This document shows positions 37,707 to 42,238 of a stretch of DNA of 42,238 bases, in pieces. How positions within the stretch are numbered: the first letter of the stretch is position 1; each line of letters begins with the position of its first letter. The DNA is from a virus (Duplodnaviria; Caudoviricetes): IMG/VR virus record IMGVR_UViG_3300028400_000001, positions 1 to 42,238 of that record. One strand, given 5' to 3'. Below the pieces are notes generated by a model. It was not told the DNA's origin. It was given only the letters and a program-made list of their open reading frames with translations, and did no database searches. Made by a program: the position numbers and the translations under genes.

Positions 37707-38256
37707 ACAAAACTACCAATCAGCTATTGAGTACTTCGATGAGGTACTTGAGAAGCTGTTCGGCCCAACAACTACCGTCCGAAATTTGGACACCACTTTT
37801 TCCGACAGCGATAGAGATATTGAACTTGAAGGAATGGAAGAAGAATCAATCCCTAAACCTTCTCCTTCCCTCAAACAGGACATAACTTCCTTAATGGAGG
37901 CAAAGCTTGCTGGGAGAAATAAAAGTGGAAATGGGGAAGACGATGAAACAAACCCTAACATCCCTCCTTGGGAAGAATCTCACGTCCTCCCTTGGGAGCT
38001 ATACCGAGATGAGTACTCCTTCGACCCTCTCATATCTACCATTATCCAAGGCGGGACTCCTCTCGACATGCTTGCCTTGCAAGTCCTCTACTCCAACATC
38101 CCTAAAGAGACCTGGGGAACTGAAAAGGCAATCAAGCTCTTCTCTCAAACAAAGGAAAACTGCTCTTGGTGGCTGGAGAAGTTAGGAGAAACCGCCGAAA
38201 ATGTAACAAGTACCAACAATGGTACAAAAGGAGAAAAAGGAGAATCTGATGAATAA
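37690..38256 (+). CDS. Acidic hypothetical protein
   Basis: GAGG RBS; contains palindrome copy 8. Confidence 0.6.
   Translation: MMSNSEQNYQSAIEYFDEVLEKLFGPTTTVRNLDTTFSDSDRDIELEGMEEESIPKPSPSLKQDITSLMEAKLAGRNKSGNGEDDETNPNIPPWEESHVLPWELYRDEYSFDPLISTIIQGGTPLDMLALQVLYSNIPKETWGTEKAIKLFSQTKENCSWWLEKLGETAENVTSTNNGTKGEKGESDE
37776..37792. promoter_or_regulatory. Dispersed palindrome copy 8 (CGTCCGAAATTTGGACA)
   Basis: 16/17 match to copy 4 with the same CCACT flank; intragenic. Confidence 0.7.
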
Positions 38257-38728
38257 CTACACTCAAATCATCCACCCTCAAATCTACTTCCAAAAGGATG
38301 ACCAAAATGCCCACTACCCTACTCGCACCCACTCAACGGATGCAGGGTTCGATCTTTACCTCAACTCCTACCTAACTAATCAAGAGAAATGGATAACCAT
38401 TCCTCCCGGCTCCCATATCATTTGCAAAACCGGAATCTCTTGCGCTATCCCTCGTGGCTACGTTGGGCTAATCTCTCCTCGCTCAGGCCTTGCTCTCAAA
38501 CAAGGCCTAACCGTCCTCAACTCTCCTGGCATCATCGACTCTGGATACCGAGGAGACTTGGGAGTGATCCTCTACAACGCCTCTCCCGAAGAACAAAAAC
38601 TCAAACACCAGGACCGAATTGCCCAACTGGTAGTAATCCCTTGCAACACGTTCTCCTCCAATGGAAAGCTCCCTAACCACTACCCTACCGATCGAGGGAA
38701 AGACGGATTTGGGAGTAGTGGGTATTGA
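38249..38728 (+). CDS. dut: dUTP diphosphatase (trimeric dUTPase)
   Basis: All five motifs: AGFDL, RSGLA, GIIDSGYRG, RIAQL, RG-x-x-GFGSSG. Confidence 0.95.
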   Translation: MNNYTQIIHPQIYFQKDDQNAHYPTRTHSTDAGFDLYLNSYLTNQEKWITIPPGSHIICKTGISCAIPRGYVGLISPRSGLALKQGLTVLNSPGIIDSGYRGDLGVILYNASPEEQKLKHQDRIAQLVVIPCNTFSSNGKLPNHYPTDRGKDGFGSSGY

Positions 38729-38785
38729 ACTAATAAACTAAATGGAAAAAATATCAAAAGTACAAAAAATAATGGGAAAGCCTCC

Positions 38786-38813
38786 TTGACTTTCCCCCGA
38801 GACCATATATAAT
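38786..38813 (+). promoter_or_regulatory. sigma70 promoter
   Basis: TTGACT-16-TATAAT with an A-rich upstream region. Confidence 0.7.
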
Positions 38814-38875
38814 ACACCACACAATGCAAAACATGGCATTGACCCCTGTGAAACAATCAAAGTGAGGACACGACA

Positions 38876-39238
38876 ATGAGTGAAGTTTGCGCCACTGCAA
38901 AAATCAAAGACGAAGAAGGCAACCTGGTCGAAGAAAAAACCGCCTGTGTCGAGTACGACTTCGGCGATTCTATCCAGGATGCCATAGAGAAGTTTGGTGA
39001 AGATGTAGTCTTTTCCAACTTCAAGCAGGCCGCCACTATCTCCCTGCAATCTCGCATCCGCTCCTGGGTACAAGCTGGGAAGGAAGGTGACGACCTGCAA
39101 GAGGAAGCCAACAACTGGAAGCCTGGTATGCGGACTGTTTCTCGCAAGTCTCCGACCGAGAAGCTGAAGGACCTCCTGGCTGGCAAGTCGCCGGAAGAGA
39201 TCGCCGCACTGCTGCAGGAAGCTGGTATCGCTGCTTAA
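38876..39238 (+). CDS. Hypothetical protein with its own promoter and terminator; C-terminal helical hairpin motif
   Basis: Biased codons; ends EKLKDLLAGKSPEEIAALLQEAG. Confidence 0.75.
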   Translation: MSEVCATAKIKDEEGNLVEEKTACVEYDFGDSIQDAIEKFGEDVVFSNFKQAATISLQSRIRSWVQAGKEGDDLQEEANNWKPGMRTVSRKSPTEKLKDLLAGKSPEEIAALLQEAGIAA

Positions 39239-39274
39239 TCCTCAAGGGATCTCCCCCTCACCTCGTTGGTGGAA

Positions 39275-39308
39275 AGGGAGGGCTGCGGATTGGCCCTCCC
39301 TCTTTTTT
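39275..39308 (+). terminator. Intrinsic terminator
   Basis: AGGGAGGGC/GCCCTCCCT stem followed by a T tract. Confidence 0.7.
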
Positions 39309-39338
39309 CCCTCAACTTTCAAATGAGGAAATAACATC

Positions 39339-39578
39339 ATGGCTACTTGGACAAAAGAAACAAAGAGGCGGCAAGCGGTTGAGGACCTTTACTCCCAATA
39401 TCTCCGAGAACTCTCCATTAGGGACATCTTCGATACTATGAATGAGCATATGACAAGAAATGAGATCAATGAGCTTATCAATCTTATCCAAGTGGGAGAT
39501 ACTTGCGGCGTTGGATCTCTCGTTGTTGCTAGTGTAAAGGAACGCCTTATGATGAAAGCAGAGAATAATGTAGAATGA
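39339..39578 (+). CDS. Hypothetical protein
   Basis: GAGG RBS. Confidence 0.55.
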   Translation: MATWTKETKRRQAVEDLYSQYLRELSIRDIFDTMNEHMTRNEINELINLIQVGDTCGVGSLVVASVKERLMMKAENNVE

Positions 39579-40606
39579 CTCCTCCCTCTCCCAACATGCC
39601 AAACAAAAAGTACCACTACTTCGACAACACTCGCGTATCATGTGCAAAGAATTGCCTTCGCCAATACTACCTCCGCCATATCCGTGACTGGGTACGAGAC
39701 GGAAAATCAATCGCTCTCTCCTTCGGTTCCAGCTGGCACGCTGCTATGGATACTGCCTGGGGATTGTTCTGGACAGATCACTCTGACAGGGAGATCCTAA
39801 CTGCTGCAATATCTGCATTCAACAAACACTGGGTGGAGGAGGAAAATCTCCCAGCCTGGGAAACTATCACTCCAGAACAGGAAGACCAGTTTGCCCCCCG
39901 CACTCCTGGAATCGCAGCAGAGATGCTTCACAACTACATCTCTCTCCGCCGCCCAATGTTGAAGAAACACTATACCCTTGTCTCTATCGAACGCCCGTTT
40001 GCTGTCCCTATCTTCTCCGATTCCTCCCCCATCTTCTACATCGGGAAGCTTGACAAAGTAATCAAGGAAAACGCAACTGGCAAGCACATTATCGTCGAGC
40101 ATAAGACCACAACCGCATACAAGAAAAACGGTCCCTTCCGTACTGACTACCTCGAAAGCTGGTCGCCCAACTCCCAAGTTGACGGCTACCTCTACGCTGG
40201 GAATATGATCTACGGACAAGGGAATGTGAAGGAAGTGTGGGTGGATGCAGCTCTTGTCCACAAACAAGTCCATGATGGGTTTAAGATAATCCCTGTAAAC
40301 CGACAGCTCCCTATCCTTGATACCTGGCTCCACGAGACAAGGTTCTGGATTACTATTATCCAAAGTGAAACTGACAGATATGCTAATGATGAAGAATCCC
40401 AATCCCGGCCTGCATTTTATTCCTTCCCGAAGAACACTGGAGCTTGTTCTCATTACTCTGGCTGTGGATTCAGGGATATCTGCAAGATGATCTCCAATCC
40501 AGATAGTGAGGACTCTCCTCCATTGGGATATAAGGAGGAACACTGGGACCCCTTTGATATTTTACAGTTGGAGAAGATTGGATTTAAGAGGGAGGAGGAA
40601 GTGTGA
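39575..40606 (+). CDS. Cas4/RecB-like PD-(D/E)XK exonuclease
   Basis: C-x-R-x-Y, G-x-x-x-H, IE-x-x-F, GKLD, IVEHKT, Q-x-x-x-Y, C-terminal Cys cluster. Confidence 0.85.
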   Translation: MTPPSPNMPNKKYHYFDNTRVSCAKNCLRQYYLRHIRDWVRDGKSIALSFGSSWHAAMDTAWGLFWTDHSDREILTAAISAFNKHWVEEENLPAWETITPEQEDQFAPRTPGIAAEMLHNYISLRRPMLKKHYTLVSIERPFAVPIFSDSSPIFYIGKLDKVIKENATGKHIIVEHKTTTAYKKNGPFRTDYLESWSPNSQVDGYLYAGNMIYGQGNVKEVWVDAALVHKQVHDGFKIIPVNRQLPILDTWLHETRFWITIIQSETDRYANDEESQSRPAFYSFPKNTGACSHYSGCGFRDICKMISNPDSEDSPPLGYKEEHWDPFDILQLEKIGFKREEEV

Positions 40607-40815
40607 TGGATACCACTAACTCTTTCAAACATTGCCCTTTCTGTAATTCCAATGAGATAACTCCATGGACAGGAACTGTCTCTGGAATAAAAGAAGTTGC
40701 TATTCGATGCAAAGATTGTGGAGCTATCGGCCCTCAGTTCTTCGCTGAGACCAAAGATGCACTTGGAATGGCAACTACACTCTGGAACAATAGGCCAGGG
40801 AAGGGAGTGAAGTAA
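40603..40815 (+). CDS. Lar-family restriction alleviation Zn-finger protein
   Basis: CPFC...C-x-x-CGA-x-GP...WN-x-R. Confidence 0.8.
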   Translation: MMDTTNSFKHCPFCNSNEITPWTGTVSGIKEVAIRCKDCGAIGPQFFAETKDALGMATTLWNNRPGKGVK

Positions 40816-40867
40816 GGCCAAAGGTTCCAATCTATTATCAACTGTCAATAACTTGGAGGATATTCCA

Positions 40868-41050
40868 ATGGTAGATGCATTTCTGGCTTTCTTTCTGTTC
40901 GCCCACCTGTTCACTGCTCAACACACTCCTGTAACTCCTGAGCCTGCTTGCTTCTCCAAGCCTGATGTTATGGTGAAGGCGAAGGGAGCGAATTACTACT
41001 ATGCAAAAGGATCTTGTGAGATCGAGAATGAACAAGGAAGTGGGAAGTAG
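40868..41050 (+). CDS. Small secreted/membrane protein
   Basis: GGAGG RBS; hydrophobic N-terminus; two Cys. Confidence 0.5.
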   Translation: MVDAFLAFFLFAHLFTAQHTPVTPEPACFSKPDVMVKAKGANYYYAKGSCEIENEQGSGK

Positions 41051-41060
41051 TTAGGTTTAT

Positions 41061-41206
41061 GGCGTGAAGCTGGCTGCGGCGTGGAAAGCAGACACGCATA
41101 ATCGGCAGAAGGGTACTATCGGAAGCTGGCATGCCGTTAGACCCTCGGGGCACGCCAGACGCCTGCGGGGGAGCCGGAGTAGCGACCGGCCAGCCAGTGG
41201 ATCGCC
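41061..41206 (+). ncRNA. tRNA-shaped ncRNA candidate, copy A
   Basis: CTGGCTG/CAGCCAG acceptor-like stem, GCGTG/CACGC arm, GCCGG/CCGGC arm, 75-nt variable core. Confidence 0.65.
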
Positions 41207-41262
41207 CCCCTTTACATCGAGATGCGAGCCTCTCGGTACCCTTTTATTTAAGGAGGTAAAAA

Positions 41263-41463
41263 ATGGCAACACGTTTTCTTGTTTCAGGAGTTCAACTCGG
41301 CATGATAAAAGGAATAGTTGAAGCTGAAGAAGATAACGAACTTACACAAATAATTGTAGAAATCGTGAATGAAATACTTAAATCTCAGTACGTAGGCCGT
41401 AGCACATCCACTATTGAAAAAGATGTGGATGCCGCTGTTTGCGTACTGGGGTTTGAAACGTAG
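41263..41463 (+). CDS. Hypothetical protein between the two ncRNA copies
   Basis: TAAGGAGGT RBS. Confidence 0.65.
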   Translation: MATRFLVSGVQLGMIKGIVEAEEDNELTQIIVEIVNEILKSQYVGRSTSTIEKDVDAAVCVLGFET

Positions 41464-41473
41464 TTGAGTTTAT

Positions 41474-41614
41474 GGTGATCCCTGGCTGCGGCGTGGAAAT
41501 CGCAGACACGCTAGGGGATTGTAGCCCTTGAGCAAGGTGAAACCCGATGCTCCCTGCAAGGCCGCAAACCTTGCTATGTAGCCGGAGTAGCGACCGGCCA
41601 GCCAGTGGATCGCC
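41474..41614 (+). ncRNA. tRNA-shaped ncRNA candidate, copy B
   Basis: Same scaffold (18-, 10- and 35-nt blocks identical to copy A) with a different 69-nt core. Confidence 0.65.
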
Positions 41615-41634
41615 ACCTATTCTGGAGAGCAAAC

Positions 41635-41826
41635 ATGAGTCCTGAAGAAGCAAAACAGAAATGGTGCCAGTTTGTGCGATTTGAAGATGATGAAGGCAGG
41701 GTGCACAACAGAAGCTGATTTTATCCAACTGAAGCAGAGCAGTTCTGTTGCATCGCCAAACAGTGCATGATGTGGGTCGAATACAAAAATGCTGATGGCT
41801 ATGGGCGTTGCGGGTTGGCTAGATAA
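41635..41826 (+). pseudogene. Small Cys-rich phage protein interrupted by an in-frame TGA (41716-41718)
   Basis: MSPEEAKQKWCQFVR...HNRS*FYP...CIAKQCMMW...GRCGLAR; GGAG RBS; the frame continues to TAA. Confidence 0.55.
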
Positions 41827-41923
41827 TAATAGAGAACCATCATAACAATGATTAAACATGCTGAGTAAATCAGAGTTCAAGTGGTATTATATTGTAGCTT
41901 GTACAACTTACAGGAGAAAGAAC

Positions 41924-42184
41924 ATGCCTCAACAACTTCCAACCCCTGGAACCCACCAAACTCGTGCAGGAAATCCTTGGCGATACCTAGATCTCAAAGG
42001 CCAAGATAATGCTATCGCCATCTTAATGTCTGATGGGAAGGAGTATGGATTTTTCTTTGACACGAGTCCAGACTCAATCGGCACCTACAAAGTATTCAAT
42101 GGTCTATACATGCCTATGCCTGAATTTGATCTTGTGCGGAAGCCTACAACTACTCTTGAATCGGAGATAGAAAATGGCGCATGA
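41924..42184 (+). CDS. Hypothetical protein
   Basis: AGGAG RBS, ATG 41924; Q-TRAG...DLV pattern. Confidence 0.6.
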   Translation: MPQQLPTPGTHQTRAGNPWRYLDLKGQDNAIAILMSDGKEYGFFFDTSPDSIGTYKVFNGLYMPMPEFDLVRKPTTTLESEIENGA

Positions 42185-42238
42185 AATTGAGGAAAAACTC
42201 TACGCAGTGCGTAATCCTTATGAACTTCAACCTTGGTT

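Noticed and set aside
39575-40606. CRISPR-Cas system from the Cas4-like gene
   Set aside because: No array or other cas genes; solo Cas4-like nucleases are common in phage recombination modules
41064-41321. ORFs over the tRNA-like elements (also 41057-41272, 41411-41728)
   Set aside because: Atypical composition and no RBS; better explained as structured noncoding sequence
41061-41614. Canonical tRNA, tmRNA or CRISPR array
   Set aside because: No anticodon arm or TTCRA loop; too short for tmRNA; only two units, separated by a gene
41716-41718. Genome-wide TGA reassignment
   Set aside because: Several well-defined genes end in TGA, including ATGA overlaps, and no other interrupted gene was seen
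42112-42238. Terminal repeat as a biological DTR
   Set aside because: It is exactly 127 bp and cuts through coding sequence, which is typical of a k-mer overlap

Overview
The window is a complete, circularly assembled dsDNA phage genome of about 42,111 bp; bases 1-127 recur at 42112-42238. It looks like a lytic podovirus-type phage: no integrase or RNA polymerase was recognised, and sigma70 promoters plus IHF-consensus sites suggest a proteobacterial host (inference). The + strand arm (32.4 kb through the junction to 9.16 kb) carries early and replication genes: amidase, dUTPase, Cas4-like nuclease, Lar, Sak4, SSB, a ParB-methyltransferase fusion, a split UDG/exonuclease + PolA with a helicase gene between the halves, and a DUF3987 ATPase. 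The - strand arm (31.9 to 9.2 kb) carries holin, TerS, tailspike, TerL, a PurD-like ATP-grasp enzyme, portal, scaffold, capsid, tail and ejection proteins. The most notable observations are: (1) a 17-bp (extended about 29-bp) palindrome at 8 dispersed sites in a genome encoding a ParB-HTH-MTase; (2) two tRNA-shaped ncRNA candidates with a constant scaffold and different cores; (3) a PolA split inside its proofreading domain; (4) a roughly 400-bp dyad-symmetric locus centred on poly(T)42; (5) a PurD-like ligase between terminase and portal. All product calls come from motif recognition by eye; no database searches were run.
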